From positions 26,535 through 90,534 of the IMG/VR virus record IMGVR_UViG_3300025030_000067: 64,000 nt of DNA; one strand, given 5' to 3'. Shown piece by piece: positions 46,908-56,672 of this stretch. A program made the position numbers and the translations under genes. The DNA comes from a virus. A model generated the notes under the pieces. It made no database searches and was not told where the DNA came from. It saw only the letters and a list, made by a program, of their open reading frames with translations. Numbering within the stretch: position 1 is the stretch's first letter; each line of letters begins with the position of its first letter.

Positions 46908-47552
46908 ATGGGGATTGGAGAGAGATTTAAAAAAGTCAGGGTGTGTTTGGGGTTATCTCAACCTGAAATGTCAGAGCGAATCAGTCTGTCACGTAATGCC
47001 TGGCAGACGTATGAACTTGAGCGTTCTACTCCTGGGACGGCTGTATATCAATCGTTGCTGAATTTGGGTTTCTCTGTTGATTGGATTCTAAACGGTGTTG
47101 GGACGATGAAAATAAATGAGGCTGAACATGCTTTACAAGGTTATTCATTTTTGCCGTTATACGCGACGGTCGGCAGCATGGGACCAGGCAGCGTCGGTGA
47201 TGATCGAGTTATTGATTGGCTTGCATTCAAGGATGAATGGTTACGCCTTGAATTGCGGACGTCTGCCGTGAACTTGGCTCTTATTGTCGCCGAGGGCGAT
47301 TCCATGTTACCGACCATTAACCCGGGAGATATGTTGGTTGTTGATCACTCCCGCAGCGCTTTATCTGGTGATGGTGTCTATGTGCTCAGTCTGTTTGGAA
47401 ATTGCCTTGTGAAGCGTGTTCAGGTTCTTGTCGATGGCTCAGTAACCATTGTTTCCGACAATCCGGCATATGCTCCGCAGATCGTTAAGAGTGCCGAACT
47501 TGATGGGTTGCATATCGCTGGCCGTGTTGTCTGGCACGGAAAGAGGGTATAA
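46908..47552 (+). CDS. CI-like repressor (XRE HTH + S24 peptidase)
   Basis: LGLSQPEMS...WQTYE; GDSMLPTINPGD...VKRV. Confidence 0.9.
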   Translation: MGIGERFKKVRVCLGLSQPEMSERISLSRNAWQTYELERSTPGTAVYQSLLNLGFSVDWILNGVGTMKINEAEHALQGYSFLPLYATVGSMGPGSVGDDRVIDWLAFKDEWLRLELRTSAVNLALIVAEGDSMLPTINPGDMLVVDHSRSALSGDGVYVLSLFGNCLVKRVQVLVDGSVTIVSDNPAYAPQIVKSAELDGLHIAGRVVWHGKRV

Positions 47553-48727
47553 TGGCGAAGGTGTACGTTCATAAAAAAAGAGGGTTTCAGGTCAGGTTCA
47601 CTCTCTATTTTCCGGATGGCTCATCCATTGAGAGATATCGATATTTTCCGACAAAGCCGGAGGCTGAATCGGTCAGGCGCAATTGCGAGTTTCTGGAAAG
47701 TGGCAGCCGTTCCGGGAATTTATCCCACCGTGAAGTGATACTGGCTCGGCACGATGGCTTGATAAATGAGGAAGAGGCTCGTTTGTTAACTGGGGGAAAG
47801 CTCGCTGTTGATTATGATCTCGATCGTATTATGGAGGCGCACCGCGTAACTATTGCGATATCTCACACTCCGGTGGCATTCGACAAGGCACACGCAAAAG
47901 CAAAGCTGATTTCTGACTGGCTCGCTTTACATCCTATTCCATCTCTGACGGATTCTGATGTGAAGGGGTATGTTTTAGATAGGCGGGAGGGTCGCCTAAA
48001 GTTCGTTAATGCCAAGACAAATTTCGTCCGAGTTGGTGTTCGGGATAAAACCATTTCCAACGAGATCCAGATTATGTGCGGCATCATCGACGAGGCCGTA
48101 AAGCTGAAAATGGTGGAGATCAATGTGGCCAGACTGGTGTCTGTCCCAGTGAAATCATCCAAGGTCAGACGATCTCTCACGCTGCTCGAAATATCCGCTT
48201 TGCTCAAGGCTGCTGACGCCAATCACCATCTCATGCATGGCCAGGTTCGCGAGTTCATATTGTTTGCTCTTTTTACTGGGTGGCGCCGGTCAGAACTTCG
48301 AACTATTACGTGGGATGATATAAATTTTGAATCGAAGAAGTTAATCGTACAGTCAAAGTTGATTGAGGGAGAAGAGGAATTTAACGCCAAGGCTGGAGTT
48401 GCTCGGTCGATGACCATCCCGGACAAGCTGATGCCGATCATCGAGGGCATGGAGCGCAAGGGGAGGTTTCTTTTTGGCGGCGATGCCCCTCGGGACATTG
48501 ATTCAATTTCGCAGGTCGTGAAACTGGTTATGCGGCGTGCTGGTATAGAGGGTGTTTCTTTGCATACCTGCCGGCACACGTTTGGTTCTTGGATCCTGCG
48601 GAAGACGGGCGGAGATCTCAAGGCTACGCAGGAATTGCTCGGCCATCTGGATATAAATACGACTGCTCTCTACATGCACAACATTCTCGACGGCAACGAT
48701 CCTTCGCAATCGCTTTCCTATGAGTAA
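47552..48727 (+). CDS. int: Tyrosine integrase
   Basis: TGWRRSEL, HTCRHTF, LLGH...TALY catalytic residues. Confidence 0.9.
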   Translation: MAKVYVHKKRGFQVRFTLYFPDGSSIERYRYFPTKPEAESVRRNCEFLESGSRSGNLSHREVILARHDGLINEEEARLLTGGKLAVDYDLDRIMEAHRVTIAISHTPVAFDKAHAKAKLISDWLALHPIPSLTDSDVKGYVLDRREGRLKFVNAKTNFVRVGVRDKTISNEIQIMCGIIDEAVKLKMVEINVARLVSVPVKSSKVRRSLTLLEISALLKAADANHHLMHGQVREFILFALFTGWRRSELRTITWDDINFESKKLIVQSKLIEGEEEFNAKAGVARSMTIPDKLMPIIEGMERKGRFLFGGDAPRDIDSISQVVKLVMRRAGIEGVSLHTCRHTFGSWILRKTGGDLKATQELLGHLDINTTALYMHNILDGNDPSQSLSYE

Positions 48728-48825
48728 TTTTCGTATGCGCTACAGTATTTTTGTCTTTTCTTTGTCTATTTTTACTGTTGCACTGACAAACGCAGTATTT
48801 GTGGGCACTGGCGGGGTTTCGCTCT

Positions 48826-48852
48826 CGGGTTCAAATCCCTCTGGCCACCCCA
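48826..48852 (+). mobile_element. attP-like core 1 (3' end of tRNA-His)
   Basis: GGGTTCAAATCCCTC-TGGCCAC-C-CCA: T-loop, acceptor strand, C73 discriminator and CCA. Confidence 0.6.
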
Positions 48853-49000
48853 AAAACTCCGTTACCCTTTTTGGGTTTCTTGCTGAATAAGTTTTTTCTG
48901 GTTTTGTTGGTTTTTGCTTTTTTTCTTTGTCATTCCGTTGTCTACTTTTTTTGTCAAACCCGCAGAACTAGAGCCTTTGCGGTCTGGCTGGTTTCAAAAT

Positions 49001-49028
49001 GAGGGTTCGATACCCTCCAGCCACCCCA
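49001..49028 (+). mobile_element. attP-like core 2 (3' end of tRNA-His)
   Basis: GAGGG-TTCGATA-CCCTC-CAGCCAC-C-CCA, followed by a terminator-like hairpin ending in TTTCTTTTT. Confidence 0.65.
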
Positions 49029-49173
49029 AAAATTTCGGCCCATAAAACCTAGTATTGCAGCGCTGCTGCCGGTTTAATGGGCTTTCTTTTTCGAGACAAG
49101 TTTCAGTATACGCTACAATCGTTCACCATTTTATACTGAAAAGTTTGTCAATCCTTTGTCAAGGGAGGTCGTT

Positions 49174-49752
49174 ATGGAATTCGCCGAAGTCTTGCGTAGC
49201 CGTCGTGAGGAATTAAAGCTGGGTGTTCGTGAGTTAGCTCGTGCCACCGAGAAGCCCTGGGTGCCCCAACCGATCAAGTCAGCCATTTATATCAGCCGTC
49301 TCGAAAACAAGGTGGTTGAGGAGATGCGTGCCGAAGCGATCTCTATCGACAAGCTTTGGGCACTTGGTGTTGCTCTACAGGTGTCGCCATTGGTGTTGTT
49401 GGCTTCGAGTCGGAACATGCCATCGCTGCTGGATGTTGTCTCTACGTTTGCATTGCGAGATTGCGCACCTGTTCCGTTCTCGTCTTTTTTGAAGGACAGG
49501 CGGAATGGGCTCGATCTCACGCTGTTGGGTGTAGAGGAAATGTCCCTGTCGGTATCTCCCTGGTCTATTTCAACTGGATATCTGTCGCAGCTTGAGACCA
49601 ACGTCGACGATCTGTCGGAGCGGTTGTCCGCCGAGAAGCTGTGGACGCTTGGCCGAGTATTCGACGTGGATCCTTTGTTGATGTATGTCCTCTCTCGTGG
49701 GATTGATCCAATGTATTTGTCGTCGGCTTCTCGCGACCGGCTATTTTCCTGA
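49174..49752 (+). CDS. Tandem double XRE-HTH regulator
   Basis: Two homologous halves: F..L..RR..L.L....YISRLE...KLWALG..L.VSPL and F..L..RR..L.L...YLSQLE...KLWTLG..F.VDPL. Confidence 0.75.
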   Translation: MEFAEVLRSRREELKLGVRELARATEKPWVPQPIKSAIYISRLENKVVEEMRAEAISIDKLWALGVALQVSPLVLLASSRNMPSLLDVVSTFALRDCAPVPFSSFLKDRRNGLDLTLLGVEEMSLSVSPWSISTGYLSQLETNVDDLSERLSAEKLWTLGRVFDVDPLLMYVLSRGIDPMYLSSASRDRLFS

Positions 49753-49827
49753 TATCATTTTGGTTTGTCGTCTTACCCGAACTCGTAGCCATTACGAGTT
49801 CGGGGGGTTATGTGAGCGGCAATCAGT

Positions 49828-49856
49828 TTGACATACGCCACAGCGGTGTGTATGCT
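49828..49856 (+). promoter_or_regulatory. Sigma70-type promoter containing the dispersed motif; probably leaderless transcript
   Basis: TTGACA-tacgccacagcggtgTG (17 nt)-TATGCT; ATG at 49863. Confidence 0.7.
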
Positions 49857-49862
49857 TCCCCA

Positions 49863-50210
49863 ATGCTAGATATTGACGACCCGTGGGTGAATCCTGCCCC
49901 TGCGTTATTCATACCAAAGCAAAAACCGGAACGGGACGAGGATTATTTAGCGTTCATCCGGACTCTGCCTTGTTCAAAATGTGGTCGCCCAGCTCCTTCT
50001 TGTGCTCATCACCATCCCCTCGCTGGTCATTCATCCACTGGTTCAAAAACTTCTGACTACAGGAGCGTTCCGCTCTGCTGTGAGTGCCACATTCCTGGAG
50101 TTCACCAGTATGGCAAGCTCACCTTTTGGGGTAATTTGGAAGCTGTCGAGGATCTTATCGCCAGGCTTAACATTCGCTATTTTTTTGGCGCTAATGTAGC
50201 GCATATCTAA
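49863..50210 (+). CDS. DUF968-like HNH-fold protein
   Basis: [14 protein letters not shown]...AHH...[11 protein letters not shown]. Confidence 0.7.
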   Translation: MLDIDDPWVNPAPALFIPKQKPERDEDYLAFIRTLPCSKCGRPAPSCAHHHPLAGHSSTGSKTSDYRSVPLCCECHIPGVHQYGKLTFWGNLEAVEDLIARLNIRYFFGANVAHI

Positions 50211-50224
50211 CACAGGAGGTAATT

Positions 50225-50647
50225 ATGTCATCGCTTAACAAGGTTATGCTGATCGGTCGGCTGGGCAAGGATCCAGAGGTAAAATTCACCAGTTCCGGCA
50301 CCGCTGTCTGTAATTTCAGTCTCGCTACTTCGGAGACGTTTAAGGACAAGTCCGGCGAGAAGCAGGAAAAAACGGAGTGGCACAACGTGCAACTCTGGCA
50401 GAAGCTTGCGGAGATTGCTGGTGAGTATCTGATTAAAGGTTCCCTGGTGTACATCGAGGGGCGTCTGCAGACTCGTAAATGGCAGGACAAAGAGGGTAAC
50501 GATCGCTACACAACTGAGATTGTCGGTGAGCGCATGCAGATGCTGGGCAGCAAAGGTGATGGCGGGAGGTCTGATCGCGCCGCTTCCGGTTCTCAGTCTT
50601 CTGGTTATGAGAATAGCTCTATGCCGGATGATGACGTCCCGTTTTGA
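50225..50647 (+). CDS. ssb: Single-stranded DNA-binding protein
   Basis: [15 protein letters not shown]...EGRLQTRKW...DDDVPF. Confidence 0.95.
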   Translation: MSSLNKVMLIGRLGKDPEVKFTSSGTAVCNFSLATSETFKDKSGEKQEKTEWHNVQLWQKLAEIAGEYLIKGSLVYIEGRLQTRKWQDKEGNDRYTTEIVGERMQMLGSKGDGGRSDRAASGSQSSGYENSSMPDDDVPF

Positions 50648-50678
50648 CCACTTTTTATTAAATTATTGGAGGTAACAC

Positions 50679-51191
50679 TTGAACAGATTAATTGTGATTA
50701 TCGCAGCTGTTGCGCTGCTACCGAAGTTGGCCGGCTCGGCGGAATATTCCCGCACCGTTTCCGCCGAGAATGTGATTGAAAACCGTGGCGGGAAGGTCTT
50801 GCTCGTACCTCGTTCTGGCCTTTCCAAAAGAATCGAACGTTTTGCTGTTACCTATGGCGCCAAGCCGGATATTGCTCCAGAGTTGGCTGAATTGATTTCG
50901 GTGCATGAGCATCCTCGTGTCCTTGCGGCCATTGCGGCCAAGGAGTCCGGATTTAATTTATCGGCTCGTGGATCCGCTGGAGAGGTTGGCGCCTATCAGA
51001 TTATTCCAAAGCTGCACGGACATCCTGGCCGCACATGGGATTCCCAGACCAAGGCTGCCGAGCGGTTGTTGAATGAGCTGGTTTCTGACGCCAATGGAAA
51101 GCTTGAACCTGCTGTCCGTCATTATAATGGTGCCGGTCCGAAGGCGGTAAAATATGCCAAGCATGTTCTGGCGCTGGCTAAATCTATTTAA
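50679..51191 (+). CDS. Lytic transglycosylase (SLT domain) with signal peptide
   Basis: AIAAKESGFN..A...GEVGAYQI...HYNG. Confidence 0.75.
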   Translation: MNRLIVIIAAVALLPKLAGSAEYSRTVSAENVIENRGGKVLLVPRSGLSKRIERFAVTYGAKPDIAPELAELISVHEHPRVLAAIAAKESGFNLSARGSAGEVGAYQIIPKLHGHPGRTWDSQTKAAERLLNELVSDANGKLEPAVRHYNGAGPKAVKYAKHVLALAKSI

Positions 51192-51246
51192 AGTGTAGCG
51201 TATATCTAACTATTTGCTTGACGTTCTGGTTTTCGTATCGTAAGTA

Positions 51247-51370
51247 TCCTGAAAATTAAATATGACTATGCTGTATGCAGACAGCTTGTTCAACCTTTCC
51301 CTTAGTCGGGTTTTCTCGGCTGTTGGATGAAACCCTCATCAGGATCTGCATATCCTGGTGGGGGTTTTTT
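51247..51370 (+). promoter_or_regulatory. Structured leader/attenuator 1 with terminator
   Basis: Hairpin-loop TATGCAGA is complementary to terminator loop TCTGCATA; U-tract at 51365. Confidence 0.55.
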
Positions 51371-51392
51371 ATTTGGCTATTAAGGAGCATTC

Positions 51393-52139
51393 ATGGCTCG
51401 CATCAGGACGATAAAACCGGAATTTCCACAGTCTGAGAGCATGGGGCGTGTTTCTCGTGATGCCCGGTTGCTCTTTATCATGCTTTGGACACTTGCTGAC
51501 GATGCCGGGAGGCTTCGAGGAAATTCGCGAATGCTCGCGAGCCTTCTTTTCCCTTACGACGAACTCTCAGCGGAAACTATCGATGAGTGGATGAACACTC
51601 TCGAATCCGAGGGGTGTGCGCTCCGGTACTCTGTTGATGGAACGCATTATGTTCAGATATGTAACTGGCTGGATCATCAGAAGATTGACAAGCCGAGCAA
51701 GTCAAAAATTCCATTGCCTCCTGATAATTCGCGAACAGTCGCGAACACTCTCGACGATTCGCGAGGTGTCGTGACAGGAAAGGACCAAGGAGAGGATCGA
51801 GGACTGGATCATGGAGAGGATCGAGGACCAGGGGAAGGTGAGGTTGTCGTAGATATTCATTCTCCTACTCGGTTGACTTGTACTGACGTTCGGTTTCTCT
51901 TTCAGGCTTCTTTTGGAATACAAATGCCGGCTGGGGCAAATAACGTTGCTGTTGAAATCTGCGAGCGATACACCGCCGCTGCCATTAAAGACGCCTTTGA
52001 AATTGCTTCCGTTCAGAACAAACCTAATCTGGCGTATGTCCGGGGAGTTCTTGTGGGTGTTTCGCAGCCATCACCTAAAGCCGGTCTGGGCGTGATGAAG
52101 GTCGTTGCCAGCTCCGACCCCGAGTATTACAAATCATGA
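51393..52139 (+). CDS. Phage replication initiator protein
   Basis: MARIRTIKPEF...ADDAGR...NWLDHQKIDKPS; C-terminal NLAYVRGVL (DnaD-like). Confidence 0.8.
   Translation: MARIRTIKPEFPQSESMGRVSRDARLLFIMLWTLADDAGRLRGNSRMLASLLFPYDELSAETIDEWMNTLESEGCALRYSVDGTHYVQICNWLDHQKIDKPSKSKIPLPPDNSRTVANTLDDSRGVVTGKDQGEDRGLDHGEDRGPGEGEVVVDIHSPTRLTCTDVRFLFQASFGIQMPAGANNVAVEICERYTAAAIKDAFEIASVQNKPNLAYVRGVLVGVSQPSPKAGLGVMKVVASSDPEYYKS
51726..51836 (+). repeat. Putative replication origin (iteron-like repeats inside the initiator gene)
   Basis: TCGCGA-cored 11-nt-spaced repeats followed by a purine-rich GGAGAGGATCGAGGAC duplication. Confidence 0.5.
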
Positions 52140-52822
52140 GTGCCTCTTGTTCCATCCATAATGAAAATATACCTTGCGTGGTGTGTGAGCTGCTTCGTTC
52201 TGACCGTGAACGTATCGAAGTTTTAAGAGCCGCGAATGAGGCTACTATTTTGGCCGACCGGTTCAAGTCTGTTGGTATTGGCCTACGTTTTCAACACTCC
52301 GTCTGGTCTGATTACAAGTTGGTGGCTCCTGCTGCTGGCACCGCTATCGCTGCGTGCCAGAAATATGCTACGGACGACTCCTTGGATGTTGGTCGTAATC
52401 TGCTACTGCTTGGGGCTCCTGGCACTGGAAAGAATATGCTTGCTGCCCTGGTGTGCAAAGACTTGGTGGCTGGTGGTCGTATCGTGCTCCATACCACCGT
52501 TGCCAAGCTGGTCCGGCGCATTCGGGACTCCTGGCGTGGTGGTACGTTCGGAGATGGTGAGACGGCGGCGTTCGAGATATTTACGACGCCTGACTTATTG
52601 GTGCTTGACGAGATCGGAGTGCAGCGAGGCAGCGAGGATGAGGCCCGGATTGTCTTCGACGTTCTCAATGATCGATACGATGCCATGAAGTCCACCGTAC
52701 TCATATCGAATGAGCGGCTGTCGGATATTGAGTCGTATCTTGGAAAGCGCACCATGTCTCGGATTTTAGAACAGCACGTCCTGGTTCCGTTTACTTGGGC
52801 GGATTATCGGTGCCGGCCATGA
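52136..52822 (+). CDS. DnaC/IstB-like helicase loader ATPase
   Basis: GAPGTGKN, LLVLDEIG, RY...STVLISN. Confidence 0.85.
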   Translation: MSASCSIHNENIPCVVCELLRSDRERIEVLRAANEATILADRFKSVGIGLRFQHSVWSDYKLVAPAAGTAIAACQKYATDDSLDVGRNLLLLGAPGTGKNMLAALVCKDLVAGGRIVLHTTVAKLVRRIRDSWRGGTFGDGETAAFEIFTTPDLLVLDEIGVQRGSEDEARIVFDVLNDRYDAMKSTVLISNERLSDIESYLGKRTMSRILEQHVLVPFTWADYRCRP

Positions 52823-52966
52823 AAGTAATCACTCTCTCGGATCAGCTCGAATGGAGCCGGTCTTGTTTGAAAAAAATGCAGGACACTCGCAGGCCGCAGG
52901 AAGAGGTGGACCTTCAGGAGTCTGTCTGCTGGACGCTAGAAGCGAGAATTCAGGAAAAGACAGCGG

Positions 52967-53407
52967 TTGCTGGTGTTTTGTAAAGCTGGCCGTTCATACG
53001 ATGCTCTCCATCCTACGTGCAAGAGCTGCGAGCGACAGGCTGCCATGGTGTGCCGTGGGTCTCTGCAGGCCAAGGCCAGCAAGCATGGCAACACGAAGAT
53101 TGAAGTTGATGGAATAAAGTTTGATTCGAAGCGGGAGGCCGCTCGGCACCTTCACCTACTGATGTTGTTGCGAGCGGGGATGATCAGCGATTTGAAGCTT
53201 CAGGTTCCTTTTGTGCTGCAGCCGGCAGTGGTCTTGGATGGCAGAAAAAAACCGGCTTTACGGTATTTTGCCGACTTCACTTATCTGGAGCGTGGTCGCC
53301 TGGTGATCGAGGATGCAAAGTCGCCGCACCTTCGGAAGCATCCAGTGTACCGGAATAAAAAACACCTGATGATGTCGGTTCTTGGTCTGGCTATCACGGA
53401 AGTTTGA
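52967..53407 (+). CDS. DUF1064 endonuclease-like protein
   Basis: DGIKFDSKREA...YFADFTY...IEDAK. Confidence 0.8.
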   Translation: MLVFCKAGRSYDALHPTCKSCERQAAMVCRGSLQAKASKHGNTKIEVDGIKFDSKREAARHLHLLMLLRAGMISDLKLQVPFVLQPAVVLDGRKKPALRYFADFTYLERGRLVIEDAKSPHLRKHPVYRNKKHLMMSVLGLAITEV

Positions 53408-54196
53408 TCATTGTGGCGTCTGGTCTTGTGCCGTGTGTAGCGTATGTCGATCTTGGAGGTTTTTATGGTATGGGTATCTGATTCTGGTAACAGGCTGTCA
53501 AAAATAGAGATCGAAGCGGCGCATGCCGAGGGGCTGTTTACCGATGCCGAGTACCTGTTTTATCTCTCGGAGGTGGTGTAATGGCCTTTGTAACGTTGGG
53601 TGGCTTGGCATGTTTGCTCTTCTGCCTCTGGGAAATTGCACATGGGAGATAGAGCTTTGATGATGCCGATCGCTGGGCTTTCGTTTGCTGATGTCTCTCT
53701 TGCTGCAATGGAGTGCCATGGGAACAGGGTACGCACTGCCAAACGTCTCGGAGTTGGCACGCGGTCCCTTGATGCTGCAATCGATCGAGAAGGTTTGCAG
53801 CGGTGGTTCGTGTCAGGCCGTGGCCGGGGTGTTCGACCCCGTTCGATATGAGTGACTCGTGAGCAGATTGTCGAACAGGCACTCGCTGGGTATTTGCGCG
53901 AAGACGCTGCCGAAATTCTTGGAATCTCCAAGGGCTATCTGCGGGATTTATGCGAGCGGTTCAGTATTACGGAATTTTCCGAAAATCGCGGCTATCGTGT
54001 CCGGGTTGGGTTGAGAGGTTATTGTGGGTAAATACAAAGGGACTGAGGCTCGGTACAACGTATTGAGCGTGCGCTTGGATGATGATCTGGCGGAGTCGGT
54101 TCGTTCGCTGGTCCCGGTCGGCGTAACTTTAAGCGACTACTTGCGGGAGCTTTTTCGCCGCGAATGTAGCGCATGTCAAAATATCAAGGAGGCGGT

Positions 54197-54532
54197 ATGA
54201 CACAAATTGGTCTTGATTTTTCTGCTGGCGAATCGTTGAAAGAGTCGGGTATTTCAGCTGTTCTTGCGAGCGCTGACGCCGCGAATTTTAACTGGACCGA
54301 CTATGCCTTGTCTCTCCTGGAATACTTCGCAAAAAGCGTCCGACAGTTTTCTTCTGATGAGTTTCGGGCGCACTTTGTTAACCAGTTACCGGAACCTCCG
54401 CATCCGAACGCCTTTGGAGCGCTTTTCAATCGTGCCGCCAAGGCAGGCATCATCCGTCACGTCGGATATATAAAATCCGTTCGGGCTTCCGCTCATCGAC
54501 GGGTAGTTGGTGTCTGGCAGGTGGCAGTATGA
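54197..54532 (+). CDS. Conserved phage hypothetical protein
   Basis: AAGGAGG RBS; PPHPNAFGALF..AAK.GII. Confidence 0.6.
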   Translation: MTQIGLDFSAGESLKESGISAVLASADAANFNWTDYALSLLEYFAKSVRQFSSDEFRAHFVNQLPEPPHPNAFGALFNRAAKAGIIRHVGYIKSVRASAHRRVVGVWQVAV

Positions 54533-54756
54533 ATCCGGTCTGGGTGGCTTTTTGTTGTGGACTTTTCCTTGGATCGATCGCTGGTATAATGGTGATTGCG
54601 CTCTGCATGGCTGCGAAGCGTGGCGACGATCTTCCTCTTTGTCATTGCGACGATGCGGAACAAGGAAGGGCTTGCGGATCGTGTGATCGTCCATAGGGTA
54701 ATCTGTAGCGTATGCCTAAATTATCACTTGCATCTGTTTTGCCGATATGGCACTGT

Positions 54757-54870
54757 TCCTGAAAATTAAATAGCAACCGCTGGTCCAGAGCGTGTTTAAA
54801 TTATGGTGGATCCGGGAAACCGGTTGCACCCGCCCCTGAGGAAGCTGGACCCTTCCGATGGGGTTTTTTA
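54757..54870 (+). promoter_or_regulatory. Structured leader/attenuator 2 with terminator
   Basis: Hairpin-loop GGTCCAG is complementary to terminator loop CTGGACC; same TCCTGAAAATTAAATA start as leader 1. Confidence 0.55.
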
Positions 54871-54922
54871 TTGTCTTTTGTGTAGCGTATATCAATTTAA
54901 TTATTTTACAAGGAACGTGCTG

Positions 54923-56611
54923 ATGACTCCTTTAATCCTGAAATACCGTGACCGGTTTCGTAAATTTCCCCAGCTGGACATGAATTTTGGGGAGCTGATT
55001 ATTGACAACTTTGCTGGAGGCGGTGGTGCCTCCACCGGTATCGAGAAAGCTATTGGCCGTCCGGTCGATATCGCTATTAATCATGATCCAGGTGCTGTGG
55101 CTATGCACGAGACCAACCATCCTCAGACTCGGCATTTTTGCGAGTCTGTGTGGGATATTGATCCGCGAGAAGTATGTGCTGGCCGTCCGGTAGGCCTGGC
55201 GTGGTTTTCTCCGGACTGCAAGCATTTCAGTAAAGCAAAGGGTCGGAAGCCAGTCGAGAAGAAGATACGGGGGTTGGCTTGGGTTGTGTTGCGCTGGGCT
55301 GCTACGGTTCGCCCCAGGGTAATTATGCTGGAAAACGTGGAAGAGTTTGTCACGTGGGGTCCGCTGGTTACCGATCCTAATGGCGATTGCTACCCGTGCC
55401 CCAAAAACAGGGGTCGCACGTTTCAGTCTTTTGTGAATGCTTTGCGCCGGCAAGGTTACAAGGTTGAGCACAAGGAACTCCGTGCCTGTGATTATGGGGC
55501 TCCAACGATCCGAAAACGGTTGTTTCTGATTGCTCGTTGCGACGGGCAGTCAATTGTCTGGCCGGAACCAACTCACGGTGACCCGAAGGGTGAGCCAGTG
55601 AAGAGTGGGCAACTTGCGCCCTGGCGTACTGCCGCCGAATGTATTGACTGGAGCATCCCGGCGCCATCCATTTTTGAACGCAAAAAGCCGTTGGCAGATG
55701 CCACGTTGCGGCGGATTGCCAAGGGTATCATGCGTTACGTGGTGAATAACCCTGATCCGTACATTGTGACCTACTATGGCTCGAAAGGACCGGACTTTCG
55801 TGGGCAGCCGTTGGACGAGCCGTTAAAAACTCAGACGACGGAAAATAGGCATGCTTTGATTGTTCCCTCCATTATTCCAATCGCCAATTACAACGGCAGC
55901 AACACTGCGCATCCCGCTGACGACCCATTGCGAACAATAACAGCTTGGCCTAAGGGTGGCCACTTCGCTCTCTGTTCTGCTTTCCTCGCCAAGCACTACG
56001 GTGGCGTAGTGGGGCATGGGGTAGAACAACCGACTGGCACGGTAACGACCGCCGATCACCATTCAGTCGTAACAGCCTCGCTTATCCGCCAATTCGGTCA
56101 GAGTGTCGGCTCGTCTCCCTCGGCACCGGTAGGTACTATCACCTCGGGTGGTCTTGGAAAGACCGGATTGATTGCGTCGCACCTGGTTAAGCTGCGGGGA
56201 ACTTGCAGGGACGGCCAGCGCGTGACCTCTCCGATGCCCACCTGCACCGCCTCCGGAACCCATGTTGGTGAGGTGCGCACTTTCCTGCTGAAATATTATG
56301 GCAGCGACCAAGACCCTAAAATGGGCGACCCGCTCCACACCATCACCACTCGTGATCGTTTTGGCTTGGTAACTGTCCGTGGCGAGGAATATCAGATAGT
56401 AGATATCGGAATGAGAATGCTGGCGCCTCGCGAATTGTTCCGTGCCCAGGGCTTCCCTGAGAATTACATAATCGACCGGGACTCGCATGGAAAACCAATC
56501 ACTAAAACGGAGCAGGTTGCTCGTTGTGGGAATTCGGTTTGCCCTCCAATGTCCGAGGTATTGGTACGGGCAAACATGGTCGAAGCGGAAGTGTTAAGGA
56601 AGAAAGCCTGA
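54923..56611 (+). CDS. dcm: DNA (cytosine-5) methyltransferase
   Basis: FAGGGG, SPDCKHFS, ENVEEF, RKRLF, GNSVCP. Confidence 0.9.
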   Translation: MTPLILKYRDRFRKFPQLDMNFGELIIDNFAGGGGASTGIEKAIGRPVDIAINHDPGAVAMHETNHPQTRHFCESVWDIDPREVCAGRPVGLAWFSPDCKHFSKAKGRKPVEKKIRGLAWVVLRWAATVRPRVIMLENVEEFVTWGPLVTDPNGDCYPCPKNRGRTFQSFVNALRRQGYKVEHKELRACDYGAPTIRKRLFLIARCDGQSIVWPEPTHGDPKGEPVKSGQLAPWRTAAECIDWSIPAPSIFERKKPLADATLRRIAKGIMRYVVNNPDPYIVTYYGSKGPDFRGQPLDEPLKTQTTENRHALIVPSIIPIANYNGSNTAHPADDPLRTITAWPKGGHFALCSAFLAKHYGGVVGHGVEQPTGTVTTADHHSVVTASLIRQFGQSVGSSPSAPVGTITSGGLGKTGLIASHLVKLRGTCRDGQRVTSPMPTCTASGTHVGEVRTFLLKYYGSDQDPKMGDPLHTITTRDRFGLVTVRGEEYQIVDIGMRMLAPRELFRAQGFPENYIIDRDSHGKPITKTEQVARCGNSVCPPMSEVLVRANMVEAEVLRKKA

Positions 56612-56672
56612 TCATCATTCTGTTTATTTGGCTTTGTGAAGGTGTAGTCAATTCTTTTCGGAGGTTTTTTAT

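Noticed and set aside
48790-49030. Intact tRNA genes
   Set aside because: Only T-arm and 3' acceptor halves are present; no D or anticodon arm and no matching 5' acceptor strand
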